This document shows positions 13,045-27,779 of a DNA stretch of 64,000 bases, in pieces (within the stretch, counting starts at the first letter, position 1; each line of letters opens with the position of its first letter). The position numbers were made by a program, and so were the translations under genes. The notes under the pieces were generated by a model. That model searched no databases and was not told the origin of the DNA. It saw nothing but the letters and a program-made list of their open reading frames with translations. Source of the stretch: the human T2T-CHM13v2.0 reference genome, Homo sapiens; assembly GCF_009914755.1 (NCBI RefSeq), contig NC_060925.1; one strand, written 5' to 3'.

Positions 13045-14505
13045 GTTCTCTAAGAACAAATCATTCCAAACTAAACTCATTTTCTTTGACAAGTGATTGA
13101 ACCTGCATATCCAGGTAATGCTATAGACAGTACATTTTGACTTCAGGAAAGCATGTGATAGAGTTTCTTATAATATATTTATGGAAGGATGAAAGAAAAT
13201 AGGTTAAATTATAGTATAAATATTGGCCTTTTAGCTGGTCATCACAGTTATTCCTAAAGAACATTGATTGTTGGACTGCTGCTGTCAAGGTGGAGGGAAG
13301 TCTCTTGATGTCTGCAAGTAGGGGCAATGTAGAAAAGTGGCTAAGACCAAAGGCTCTGAAGTTGGACTGCCTGGCCTCAAATCCTGCCTCTGCCATTTAC
13401 TAGCTGGATGACTGTGGGCAAGTTGCTTAACCTCTCCATGCTTCAGTTTCCTCATCAATAAATGAGGGATACTAATGATACCTACATGTTAGTATTGATA
13501 TGAAGATTAAATGTGTAAATTCATGAGAAGCATTTAATAGTGCTTGCCCATGGTAAACAATAAAAAAATAAATGTTGGTAATTATTGTATATTCTGTTCT
13601 GGAACCTAATGAATACACACTTTTTTTTTTTTTTTTAAATCTTGGGCTTGGATTAAGACACACAAGCCACTTTCTTCCCAAAGATGGGAGGGATGGATGA
13701 CATATTAGATGACAAAGTCAAGGTACAAAAAGATTTCAACAGGCTAAATGAAGCATTTAAATTGTGAAGATAAACATTTCAGAGGTAAAGCTCTAAAAAA
13801 ATTTCAAGGTCAGCTCTATGCCTCAACAAATCTACAAAGTCCAGGATAGGGTGAAGGTGAGTTAAAAGCAGTTAATACCTGGAGGGGGACATGAGGGAAA
13901 CCCACAGGTAAACCACAGAATGCTATAATTTTCTGGTTTTCTAAAGAACAAAGGTTAAGGGAAGTGATGGTTTGAGTGTTTTCTGTACTCAGCAGACCAC
14001 ATTCAGAGGATTTCATTCCTTTGAGGGAGTGTCCTGCCTGTCTGCAAGCTATCTTCAAGTGGGAGCATATCAGGTGGGGCTGCGTGAATGACTAGGGAAT
14101 GGCCCCACAATCCCATCACGTGCAGGCTGGTATCAGAAAATGGGGACTATTTAGCCCCAAGAAGGGAAGACTCCAAGGAGGCCTGACAATTCTTTTAACA
14201 TATTTGAATGTCTGCCATGGAAAAGAGGGATTTATTTGATTTATCCTTTGAAGCTTCACAGGGTAGAGCAGGTCTGATGATTTGAGTTACAGGGAAGCAA
14301 TTTGGGTGAATGTAGAGAAGTGACCATGAATAAGAGACCTGGACTTCCCGGGAAGTGGTGAGCTCCTGTTATTGGAGGGCCCCCCACAGAGGTGAGATGC
14401 CCCTAGCCAGGCCAGCCTGGTGACAAGAAAATCCCTGCATGGGGAGGGGTGTCTTTGTATATGCCCTCTAAGGCCCCTGCTGACTCTGAGATTTGCCATT
14501 CTGTG
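13045..14505 (+). mobile_element. L3/CR1 LINE remnant (reverse transcriptase region to 3' end), interrupted by a MIR
   Basis: Sequence near 13138 translates DFRKACDRVSYNIF, like CR1 RT DFSKAFDxVSH; 3' end actctgagattt...attctgtg. Confidence 0.6.
13323..13578 (+). mobile_element. Near full-length MIR
   Basis: ggctctgaagttggactgcctgg..tcaaatcctgcctctgccatttactagctg...ggcaagttgcttaacctctc..gcttcagtttcctcatc core. Confidence 0.85.
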
Positions 14506-16810
14506 GGTCTGGTAGGTTTGGGAGAATTTTCTTTGAAGAAAAATTCTCATGAGTTTATGTTATGTCTGGGGGAAAATGCACAGGAGCATTTGGGAGTTGG
14601 TCTACTGATTACTGGAAAGGGGGCAGTGAGAGAGGCTGCCACCCATTGTCACACCACAGTCCACTCACCTCTAGCCCATCTCTTTTTACAGCATGAAGAA
14701 GGCCTTGCAAACAAAGCCATTTTGTGAGAAAATAAAATAAAAGCAAAACCAAGCAAGTGTGCATGCTGTAGAAAGGGAACACTTACTTGGAGAGTTTGTT
14801 TGATTCTTCTTCTTTAGTTATTTTCTAAGCAGCTTGGCAACAGACCTATTGGAGACAGCTTCTATGCACTGGAGTGTGAGTTTCCAAGCATTATAGGCAC
14901 AGATGTTTTGGAAATCTAAACAGGCTGTCTGAAGCTGCTTTTTTAAAGTGAAGAACCGTTTTCAACAAATGTGGCAATCCATTTCAATTAAATATTTTAA
15001 AAGATTTTTGTGCTTATGTAAAGAACAGTTTTAATTCCATGGTCTGACCCTAACTTCTTCATGGAAATGACCAGAACTCCTGTGCTATTGAAATCCAGGG
15101 CCACAGACAACTGATTCTACCACAAAGGAGAATACCCACCCCCGACCCAACTCTTTGTTTCCACCCATGTGGGCCTTTTCTCTGCCCCTATTTCTCTTAT
15201 TTTAGCATATATTTAATTAAGGCTTCTGTGTTCCTGGTCCTGATAATACATTTCAACAGAAAAACAAGGCCCACATCTTCAGGAAGCTTAACATCTAGAG
15301 TGGGAAATAATTTGACCCATATGAAATGACTTGAGGATAATTGTAAGGCAATTAACAGGTCTGGCCATGGCAAGGATGGAGACAGGCCATACTCACCACC
15401 TCCCGCGCCACAATGCTTTTTGTGTGTGTAGAAAACCTCATATTATGGCAGCTTCTTGGGGAACACACTTACAGAGAGGGGTAGTTGCAAAGTCTGTTAC
15501 GTAAATCTCAATGCCCTAGCGAGCGTGATGCTCTAGTTGGCCCCTGTTCTTCGGGAGGCAACTTAGAAGAGAGTATTGAGGAGGAACTTGGTAGGAACTT
15601 GCTGGCATAGAATGTGTGTATCTTCCACTTGGCTTTGAGCAGGAACAGAAAGAACGGTTCAGATAACTGCATACAGTAATCCTGGTTAATTAATGTTCCA
15701 CAGATGAGTTAAAATATATTGTCATTCCACATTCATTTTTTGAGTTTTTATCTTTTATGGGCTAATATCTGCTAAGTGTGTGGTAACTGATTGCAAGAGA
15801 GATCTTATTCCTGCAGAAAAGACAGACTTGTGAACAAAATTTTCAGTATGTTAGTTACAAAGAATTAACCAAGGCACCCTGTTTTCCAGCCACAGGTCAG
15901 AATGAATTCTCTGGGGCTGCTTTGCATACCAAGTGTTCTGAATTAAACCTTAAAAGTGTCTTTATTTTTTAACTTCTCATACACAGTGATTAAACAAAAA
16001 ATGAAGAAAAAAGAATTAAAAAGACATTGACAGGAATTGATAAACACTGTGTTTCATTTAGGGTTGGGAGCGTGAAGAATATGTCTCTTCTTTTTCTGCT
16101 AGTTATTATCCATCTGAAGGGATTATGTCATTATTTGTCCAACCTTCATGAACCTCATGAACAGCAGTGCTCTCCACGTAGAAGCTGGACTTAAGATTCA
16201 CCCTCTTAATCCTGAAGGCTTCCTGCTGTGTCCCTTGCTTGAAAGACAGGGTTTGCAGAAAGGATGTTGGGTTTGGCTAACCAACAACATTTGATTATTT
16301 TATTTTGTTAAAGATTGCAACATTATGCAGCCGTTTCCCCTCCTGTCAGGATTTCTTTCTCATGACTTTCATTTCTTCAGAGGTGTTGAGACCATAGTGC
16401 CTGGTTTCAGGCTGGACACACGTCCTTCTCCTAGAGTCTACAAGTCAGTCTTTATTCTACAGGAAAACATCCAACTGAATGCTGAGTGTGCATTGACCTC
16501 TCATTCAGTCTTCAACAGGGAACATATAGTTCTGGTTCCTTCTTCCAGAACTTTTTTTCTTTAAGTTCCAGAACTAAGTTCCTTTAAGTCCTTTAATGAG
16601 TTATATCTGCTACATGGATATCTTTGTTCCTAGCTGTTTGTCTGTTCAAAAAGAATTGGTTACCAAAGTGAAAGGGGGGCTTTGGGGTGGGTAATTCCTA
16701 TTTGAGACCCTTTGAGTCTTACTTGTTTCATTTGTAAAATAGATTGAGGTAATGTAATGGGTGCATGGGTTCTTTAGAAATGGTAAAGATCTATAACATT
16801 ACACAGTATT

Positions 16811-17166
<356 letters not shown>

Positions 17167-20100
17167 CTAAATTTACACCACCTAGAAAACTTGGAGTCAT
17201 CCTTTACTCCTCCTCCTTCATCACCTATGTCTAATCTTCCACCAGATCCCACTGATTTGCACTGCAGTATCTGATACTTTTCTTCCCACTGTCTCCACCC
17301 TAGTCCAGGTTCTCATTTTACCACCATATCTCCTGCCCCCATCCACCTCTCGCCTTCTTACACACAACTGGAGTGAAGGTCCTGCCCCACTGTTCAAAGA
17401 ATTACTGTGCTGCCTGCTAGAGATGCCAGCAAATCCCACCTCCACTTTCTGGCCTCCAGTGCCTACTATCAACATTTCTTACACCCCTGTCTCACCAATT
17501 CAGATCTCCTAATTCATTAACATGCATTCCTCACTCTTAAAAATATATTTGTCACTACAGGAATGTGATTTCAAATGTCTGATTTTTTATTCCTTTAACC
17601 CTTTCAATAAACATTGGTTGTTTTACTTTCTCTGTGCCAGGCATTGTGCTCTGTTTGCTGTAAGAAATAGGCCTTAGTCTCCAGGCAGTACTGTGCAGAA
17701 TGAAAGATCCGGGTTTGAATCTTGGCTCTGACGTTTACTAGCTGTGTGATCTTGGATAAGATGCATGTCTTTTTGAGTCTCAGGTTCTTCATCTTGTGTT
17801 GCAAGGTGTAAATGAAACAATGTATCTGATCCATATCATTGGTCTTTTGTAATTGTCAGAAGTTACTATTATCATTATTATTGTTAATAAGCCAGGTCAG
17901 CCAACACTGTAATTCAGCTAGAGGAAGGAGAAAATGCAGGGAGGAAGGAGCGAATGCAAGGAAAAAGATGATGGGCCATTTCTGTGGTAGACAACAAGGC
18001 TCGGTTTCAGAGCACGGGTGAAATACCCCCAGTGATGCAATAAATCGTAGAGAATATCTGGTGGGAAATGTTATTCCTGTATTGGGTGCTACTGTGGCCA
18101 GTGTGGCTTGGGGAAGGCATAGTTACACTTAAGGGTTTGGCCATTCTCCTTAGCTTCCTGGGAACATCAGGGCCACCTGTCTCCTTTTCTTCCCTTGCCA
18201 CCTACACCTGTATGTAGAGTGTTTCTCATCTTTACCCTTTGTACTTCTGTTTGTGCTATGAAGCAGCAGATTCTGCGTGTATTACAGGGTAACTCTTATT
18301 TCCTAAGGCTTTGTATGCTCCTAGAAGGGAGGAAATACCTTATTAATACTGATAACTCCTCCAGTGTTACTGTAAGAGGTTCATGTAATATATACACAAA
18401 TTGAATGTCAGTGATGCCTCATTGATTATGGATCAGTTCCAAACTCAGCCCACAGCCAAAATTCTCTAACTTTATCTTTCACTGTTCCCTAGGGGTGCTT
18501 TAGACAATCCAGTCTCCTCATGGTCCTGGAAAAATATAATGCTTATTACATTCTTGTGGTGTAGAAAATTTCATACCCTTTGGAGCCAAGGATACTTATA
18601 TTTGAAAGCCAGCTCTGTATTTATTAGAAGTATGTGTATAGGAGAATAAGCTTCATGATTTCTCTGACACCCAATGTCATCTGTAAAATGAGGATCATAA
18701 AATGTGAACTTTTCTACAAAGCACTTGGAGCATAATAGGTGATATATAAATTTTAGTTTTCTTCCCACTTTCCTCTGTCATTTTCACTTCTTCTGGAGAT
18801 GCTATTTTCCTTTCTGTGCCTCCCATTTACTTAATTTTCCCCTTTCAATGGTGTAACCACATCTAAATCTTCCTTTTGATTATTCAACTCACTTGGATTT
18901 CCCATTCATTCATTCATGCATTCATTCATCAAACTGTAATGTGGCACTTTCTTCACTGAGTCCTTGATTACATACTGCCCTATATTGTTGTCCAGTTGTT
19001 GCAGTAACCTGGAGCATTCCCCAAAGCTAAGCATCTGTTAGCCTGGGTCCCTGAACGAGGAGGATGTGGCGCAGAGCCCTGCCTCCTCCGTGACTTAAGA
19101 AAGACACCTCACATACATGGGAATTTAGGCATTTACAGTTTCAAGTTTCTGAAATTAGCATCAACTAAGTGATCCTGCCTGATACAGATATCTTACCTTC
19201 TGAGTAAGGCTAAGTACAAGGACTGTGTCTTCTCATCCCCTCATGTCTCATGGTACCTCAAGGAGTACAGTGCACATACCAGGATTTTAGTGTTTGTTGC
19301 TAAGCGAAAATATTTTCCTTCAATTATAGCATCTTGGGATTGAAAGGGATAACTAACCAACTAATGTCAATATTTGTTTGTCTGAATCTTTTCTATATAT
19401 TTTCTGCCTGGTGTTCAAAAAATTCCAATGACAATTTCATTGCATTCCAAGTCAAATTGACCATTTTTTAGAAAATTATTCTAGAAATTTCAGCCTTATG
19501 TAGATTTTAAAAAATGATTTTAATGTAGCATCCTCCCCTTGGTCTGAAGAGGCTCTCAAGTAGTAAGGAAAATGCTGGTGCCTGAGCCCTGCTCCTCGCT
19601 GTGCTGGTGTGGAGAAGGGGGTGCTTTCCTCCTGCCTGAGAGAATTTACATTCGTGAATTCCATGATCCAGGTGGAATATTCCCTCCATTCAAGAAAAGC
19701 CTCAAAGGCACCAGGCCACTTGTGGAACAGTTTTCAGACATGGGGACATGGCCAGTGGGTGAAGGAAGAGCTTTCTTTTGGCCACCTCGAAGCGTGGAGG
19801 GGCTTTGAGGAAAGGCAGGTGCTCTCTATGGTTGTGAATTGTGAGGACAAAGACACTCTATGTGGGATTCCATGGATTTTTCCCTCAGATGTTATAAGGC
19901 AATCCCAACTGTTGCCACAAAACCATGCAGAGACACTCATCTGACAGCCCTGAGCTTGGCTGTACTGGCTCTAGTCACAGACGACACTACACTTTCCCCA
20001 GGGAAAAACCCATGATTAAGAGGCGTGGGAGGGTCCACTTGCAAGGATGCTGTTGACGTCCATCTGGATAAAGCCTGTAGGGACTGTGATTTATTTCCAT

Positions 20101-21432
20101 GAACTGCGTCTCAGGGCTCTGCAGCCAGTGGTGGTCTGCAGTGGAGCACCAAGTTACATACGCAAGAGCACGCTCAGCGCCTGAGCTATTCAGCCCCAGA
20201 GGGATGTAGAAAGTTGAAAGCTCAGCGGAGGAAATAATATCACAAATTAAATGGTTTTGAATCATAACAAAATGAGTTTTTCTTGGAAACTGTTTTGTTT
20301 CTTTAAATCAAAAACAAAACCTCTCAGACTACAGAAAAACACAACCCAGAGACTTAGGCAATTTGGGGAGCTCGTCACTCTTTTGCTCCCTCCCCTTTCA
20401 CTCCTTCCCCTTTCATTTTGAAGAATGATTTCTTTGACAACTGAACAGTCCCCCAGATGAGCCTGTGACTTTCTAAGGCCAAGAGATTGAGTTTTCTTCA
20501 GGATGATAGAAAGAGGAGAATAGAAAATGTGATGAATGTGTTTGGGTTCAATCCCGAAACAATTATTTAGTCTGTCTACTTTCCAGGCACTGTAGAGGTG
20601 AACAGGAACAAGACTCAGCCCCTATCTTTAAGGTAGAGAAATACTTATTCAATAAATAATTGTGGTGAGTTTCGATACATAGATATGTAGCAACCTAGCA
20701 TGTGTAAAGCAGCTTTCTTAGGAACAATGAACTTTTCTTGAGTGCCACTATGTGTCAAGAGCTCAATATTTCTCACTAAAACCCAATGAGGCAGAGGTAC
20801 CCCTTATTATTCTCTCCTCATAGATGGGGAAACTGAGGTACAAAGTGCCTGAGTAACATGGTTAAGGTCTCGCAGCAAGTAAGAGGTGACTGCTATAACT
20901 AGAAGCAGATCTGTCTGCTTCTATCACCGATAGACTTAACTATGGAGTTATACACACACGCTTTATTTTATTTAGTACTCCCAACAGACCTGGTAGGTAG
21001 CAATAAATATGCTTGTTTTACTAAATAAGGTAATGGACACAGATAGATTAAGTAATAACTTGCCCAAGATATCATGCATAGTAGCAGAGCCAGGGCTTGC
21101 TCCAGGTTTGTTTCCAGCAGACCGTCTCTGGAGGACAGTCATAGGCAGCTGGTCAGGACAGATTCATGCTCTCTATCAGATACAGGAGGGGGGTTTGGTA
21201 TCAACTAGCATCCAGCATGGTGCCTGGTACCTACCAACTCTCTGTTGGTGTTTGTTACCTAAAATTTAATTCAACCTTCGACTTCCTCATAGAGGAAGAA
21301 ACTAAGATCGAGAGAAGTAAGTGACTTATTTGAATTTGCAGAGCTAGTAAGTGCAATTACTTAAAAACTGAAGTATGAGAAGGAGTTTGCAACAAGAGCC
21401 TGGTTATTAGAACCGAAGTGAGGTGGTATATT

Positions 21433-21830
21433 TGTATTCATTTAGATAGGCTAAGTTACACTGTGAGTATATATTTTTTTCTCTATAGCATAACGACATC
21501 TCAATTGCTGAAAGTTTACCAAATGAAGGCTTATTTCTAGTTTATGCTTTAACCCTGTGGCTTAATGGAAAATTCAACACATACTGGTCTCTCAGGACCC
21601 AGGCAGAAAAGGGCTCTATCATTGTATGATTTCATCATCTCAACACAAAGTTTTGGGGTTCACCACAGCAGAGAAGGAGGGCACGGAGAATTACACACAG
21701 GCTGAAATGCTTCCACTGGGACATGATCCACATCACTTCCACTCACTTCTCATTGACCAAAGCAGCTAACATGGCTGCTTCTAACATTAAGGAGGCCAGG
21801 CAGTGGCTTTCTTAAATCCTCCTTTGTGCT
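21433..21830 (-). mobile_element. Old MLT1 (J/K/L-like) LTR
   Basis: tgtattcatttagataggctaagttacactg...caggacccaggc...catcacttccactcac..tcattgaccaaagc motifs. Confidence 0.5.
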
Positions 21831-22536
21831 TGGAGGGAGCAGAGGCATTAATGACATACGATAGTTGAGTGCTTAGGCTCTAGAGTTGGAGAGTTATGTC
21901 TGCGAATTTCATCTGAGACGTTTATTGTTGTGTGATCTTGACTATTTCTCATCTGTGGTTTCTTCTTCTGTAAAATGGGTCAATCATAGTAACATATCAA
22001 ACACTTAGCCCAGTGTCTCACACAATGTCAGCCCTTAATACATGTTAGTATCACCATGAAGTCACAATCAGTTGGGAAGTATGACAGTTATATTTCTGTT
22101 TTAAAAAGGAAGAGGAGGTGGATACGAGGGCAACAAGACTGGCTACAGATACAGTAGTAAGGAAACTAGAGCAGTGTTCCAGGCAAGAGATAACGAGGGC
22201 CTGAACAGGGCAGTGGTTGCAAAGACAGAGGGATCAGATCTGAGAAAACTAAGAGCTTAAACTCACAGGACTTGATGATAGTGAGATTTTTTTTTAATGT
22301 TACTGAAGTTCTCTTCAGTACCTTGGAGGTTCACAGTTGGTGGCATGAGGAGGAGTCCTCACTTGGAGTCATCATGGTAAAGTCATAAAGGAGAAGAGAC
22401 TCTCACAGGAGGCAGGAGGAGTGATGGCCTGGAAGCAGCAATGGGTGCCCAGTGCTACTCCCTCTCTACCCCCACCTTAGCTTGAGGTAAATGAGGAATG
22501 GGAGAATGAGAAACCATGGAGAGAGTGGTAGGGGGA

Positions 22537-22898
22537 TGCTATGGTAAATGTTTATATCGCTTCAAAATTCACATGTTGAAACCTAATCCCCAATGTGCTG
22601 ATATTAAAAGGTGAGGTAATTAGGAGGTGATTCAGTCATGAGGGTGGTGCCCTCATAAATGGGACAATGCCCTTGAAAAAGAGGCCTGAGGGCACTCGTT
22701 TGACCCTTTGTCATGTGAAAACACCAAGAGAAGGTGTCATTTATGAAGCAGAGAGCAAGCCCTCACCAGAAAGCGAATCTGCTGGCACCTTGATCTTGGA
22801 TTTCCCAGGCTCCTGAACTGTTAGCAACAAATTTCTGTCGCTGATGAATTACTTAGTTTATGGTATTTTTGTTATAGCAACCCAAACTGACTAAGACA
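22537..22898 (+). mobile_element. MaLR solo LTR (MST/MLT1A-type)
   Basis: tgctatgg...gactaagaca termini with a perfect 5-bp TSD gggga on both sides. Confidence 0.9.
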
Positions 22899-24629
22899 GG
22901 GGAGCAGTGTCCTCAAGATGTGTTGGTTTCTGCTAAGGCTAGAGGGACAGAGTGCAATGGAATGAGATTTCCTGAGGAGGCAAAGGGTGAATACTTGTCA
23001 AGGGACTGACTGGGAACCAATCATCTCTTGGGCCCCTAGGGAAGGTTACAACCAGGAGGCATGAGGCTTGAGGTTTGAGGGATGGCAATGCCTCGACCTC
23101 GGGGTCTTATCTAATTTCTCTGTGTGTCCCAGGATCTAGCACAGAATACACAGTCAATGCTTGACTAATGTTTCTTAAGTTGGAAGAGAGGCCCCCTTTA
23201 AGAAGAAGAGAGAGGCTAAAAAGCCCTTTTCCTGGCCAGACCTGATATTGTTCTATCACTAATGTTGGACTGAAGACATCAGGCAGCAAGTGACAAACAC
23301 CAACTGAAGCTGGAGAATTTTGCAAGGCTATTCTTATAAATTACTCTGCAGACATAAAGTGTTGTCACTTTTGTCACCGTTTTGTCTTTGAGCAGGATAG
23401 GGAGTACCCCTGAATTGAACATTCCTCGGCCAGCCTTTCTGAGGCAGAGACTGACAGAGCTTCTGAGGACAAGACCTTGGGTATGAGCATGTGGAAGTCT
23501 CTGCCTATTACTGTGTTCTAGGATAGCCCTGGCCGGACCCCACAAACATGCTATGGGCCAGGGGAGTATCAGCTGTGTGGGCAGTGCATAGATAGCTGGG
23601 CCTTTCTGCCCAGTGTTGGTACAGTTACTGCCCGTCACTCTGCAGATCACGCATGGCCAGGAGTAGCTTTTGCGCCTCCTTTCATGCTACTCAGTCCACT
23701 GAAGCACTCTTCCTTTGTTATCAGATAGCGTGTGCCCAAGAGAAAGGTGAACATACCTAGGAACATTACCAGCCACACACATGGGCTCCTATGTTGCCAT
23801 CCAAAACCAAATAAACATGTTTTTGAACCAACTGCACCATTGCTCCCTTCCCTCTGTGCAGGTTATAAAGAATCGAGTTGATCCCCTCATTCTATTTGCT
23901 CATTAAATAAATTATTATTGTAAAATATATATGAGATAAAATTTACCATTTTAATCACCTGTTTAACCATTGTTAAGTGCACATTTTAGGGCATTAAGTG
24001 CATTCACATTAAGTAGTTTCACATTGTTACACAACAGAATCAACTTGCTTTTGCTTTGAGTGCCAGCCACCCTTGTTTCTGTCTTTTTCATATGCCTGCA
24101 AATATATCTAGAAGTTCCCTCCATCTTCCCTGTGTACATAAACCTTGGAAAAGATGACACCATGAAAATTGCTCTGAAATGCCATTTGCTGCTCTGTAGG
24201 AAATGGGCACTGTTAGATTTCTTATACTCTCGACCCACTGGCATTTTGCCTGTGAGTTATATGACTCCACTCCTGGGCACTTGGTGTAGGGATCGGCCAC
24301 AATGTGAAGCACACATCATTCAAGACATACACCCCCCTTTCCCCCCTTTATGTGAAAAGACAATCATGCTCAAGTTCTTCCATGATTATAGAAGCTAGGA
24401 AAAAGCAAAAATTAACAAAATAACACAATATTACCTATTTCTATGGTTTCGTCTTGTCTAACAAAATTATTGATCAATAAGTCTAAGTTGGTAGCATTGC
24501 TAAACTTTTCCATGGTCCCTCTTCAGTAAGCTGTCTTCTGGGCCCATGTTTCCTGCTTGCTTAGCTTCCTGGAAGTCCAGCCTAGTGTTGGAATGAAGTA
24601 AAAAGAGGGAGAGGAGTGGTTAGCAAGAC

Positions 24630-24990
24630 TCTTAGTCTACCTGGCTTGCTTTAACAAAAATACCTTAAACCACATGTCTAATAAACAACAGAAATTTATT
24701 TCTCACAGTTGAGGAGGCTGAGAAGCCCAGCATCAAGGTTCTGGCAAATTCAGTGTCTGGTGAGGGCCTGCTTCCTTATAGATGGTGCCTTCCTGCAGTT
24801 CCCTCACAGGGTGGAAAGGGCAAGGCAGCTCTCTCTGGCTTTTTTATAAGGGCACTAGTTCCACTCACGTGGGCTCTGTCCTTATTACCTGATCATCTTC
24901 TAGAGGCCCTACCACCTAATAGCATCACCTTGGGAGTTTAGATTTCAACATATAAATTTTGAGGGGACACAAACATTCAGACCCTGTGCC
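24630..24990 (-). mobile_element. MaLR solo LTR (MST/MLT1A-type)
   Basis: aaacaacagaaatttatttctcacagtt..ggaggctgagaag...gtctggtgagggcctgcttcc...gaggggacacaaacattcagacc. Confidence 0.8.
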
Positions 24991-27451
24991 ACTTTCGGTG
25001 TTCCACCAGAAATAGCTCTGCCAACTGGTGTCATTTCTCTATTGAAATAGGAAGTCTACATCTTAATGAATATAGGTTTTCTTATCTTTCTTTTGGGATA
25101 AAGGCTAAGAGGGTCATTCTCCAAAGAAACACTGTGCCAAAGTAGAATCTCGTTTGGAACACAGAGGTAGGGATAGTTTGGTGATGCGGAGGAAAGCTTA
25201 AATTATAGAATTTATTTAGCCATCTGTTCAATAAATCTTAACTGAGCACCTACTCTTGTGTCAAGTTCTGTATTGGATGCTGCAGGAACTAAAATGAATC
25301 AAATGATTCCTGCCTAGTAACTTATAGTCCAGGGGTATGACCTTGCTTGCCTACCCAGGTGGTGTGCCTTTAATGCACAGTAACCGCCCCCCACTTCCAT
25401 ATCACATGGACAGCACCTCATAAAAAGATGCTCTGAGCTACCCATCTCCATTCACGGAGAAAAGCCTAGACCTTCTTGTTTCATTCACATATTGTTCCCA
25501 GCTTCCTATTCTGTCTCTACATTAATTGGGACATAATATCCTACTGATCTTTTCAGGCCCAGGTCTAATGTCAGATTCAGCATCTCTATCTTGATACTCA
25601 AACATTCTCCCATGGTCATTGTTTAACACTGAAGTCCTGGATCTCTTCACTCATCTCTTCCCTGGTCCCTTCTCTTTCTGACTTATCCTGACCCCTTGAA
25701 TCTTCTCCTCACCTTGATCAGCCTGGCTGATACCATCTACACACCCTGGCGCTTTCTCTAGGGGAGGGTTAGTCAACTGCACAGCAAATTCTCAAATCAT
25801 AAGTTAATTTTCTCCCTGCTGCCCAGCTGAAGTTAGAACTGCAATGAGTAGTTGTGTGCTCAGAGAATATCAATATCAGCCCATTTTAGCCTAGTCCAAG
25901 GAAAGTAATCACAGTTAAAGAAGCAAGAGGTTATGTTTGTGTCTACAGCTTCCTGCAATATGTCTTTTTTGATGTTTTCTGAAGAAACACAGAAGCACTT
26001 TCTCTGCTTTATCTTTTCCAGGTTACCTATAATGCCACTCTATTCCCTAAGGGTAATAACCTAAAGTATAATTTCCTAAAATATAACTGGCAGACATTCC
26101 TCCACCCCTACACCCCTTAGCAACTACTAACACTGTATAGAACTAGCATTCTGTAGAACACAATTAAGAAAAAACTGAGCTAACCCCAGCCATCTTTTCC
26201 AGAGACTCTGGATTGTAATTAAGGTTTAGATATTCTTCCAAACAAATCAAGGTAGCACTGTGTGTATACTGCCAAATGTAGATGAACCAACCAGTTATTG
26301 ATGTCAAGTTGAGTTAAAATTCTCTTCAGGTCTTCATGATTAGAAATTATCTTTTACATGGTTGCCTGAATAGTCTTTCTAAAATGCAAACTGGAGCTTC
26401 ACCATTTGCCTAGCCAATAAAATCTAAATTGTAGAAAACAGAGTTCAATGCCTATCATGAGTGAATCCTACCTGTTCTTCCAGCCTCATCTCTCTCTGGA
26501 CTCCTAAGGCCACCTCGGACTCTATTCAAGCTACCTTCTTTCAGCTACTGACTACTCCACATTTTTCTTTGTCTCCAGGACTTTGCAAATGTTGTCTCCT
26601 CTGCCTGGGCCTTCCTCTTGCACTGGTAGTACGCTCCCACTCATTCTCCAAGTCTCAGCTCAAATACCCCTACACAAAAGGCCTTCCTCTCCTCCATACA
26701 CAGAATTAAGAGCTTTCTCTCACCTCATGTTACCATTTGTTTACATTTGCGTCTAGTCATCACTCATTAATTGTGTCCTGGGCACCTACTGTTTTGTCAC
26801 TTGTTGGTGAGCCTTCTGAGGGCAAATACTCTGTTTCATTAATATTTTTTATCTCCAATGTCTAGTACATAGACAGAACTTAATACATATTTGCTGAAAG
26901 AATGGGTGATTAGACAAACGAACAATAAAAGTAGAGGGTGCTACTGCTTGGTTACAGATAAGTAGCTGGTATTGAATAATTCTGGAACGGAGAAAAATAG
27001 GCTTCAGGTTGCATGGTCACCAGCTGATATTTCTCACCTACAAGAAAAAAACATTGCACAAATAAAAAGTATTGCTGAATGATGTGATTTTAAAAACATA
27101 AATGAAACTATTCACAGGAAGATATTAGGGAGGCACCTAGTGTCTCTTCATGAAGGAATCTGTTTTTCCCCTACTCTACCATCTTCTCTAGCACCCATTG
27201 TTTCTCCCTCTTTGACTTCTTCCTATGCTTTTAAGTATGTCCAAACATTCCCTGTTAAATAAGAAAAGCAAACAAAAAATCTTCACTCATCCTTGAAATA
27301 CTATGCCTATGGTCTGTAATGGAATCACTGCTCTATCAGGGTCATAATGTGCACATAATGTATTTTGATTTCCTTGAAGTATTTGACAATGTATTTCATG
27401 AAATTCTTGCAGACAGAATGGAAAAGGCAGTTTAAGAATTATGTGACAGTT

Positions 27452-27779
<328 letters not shown>

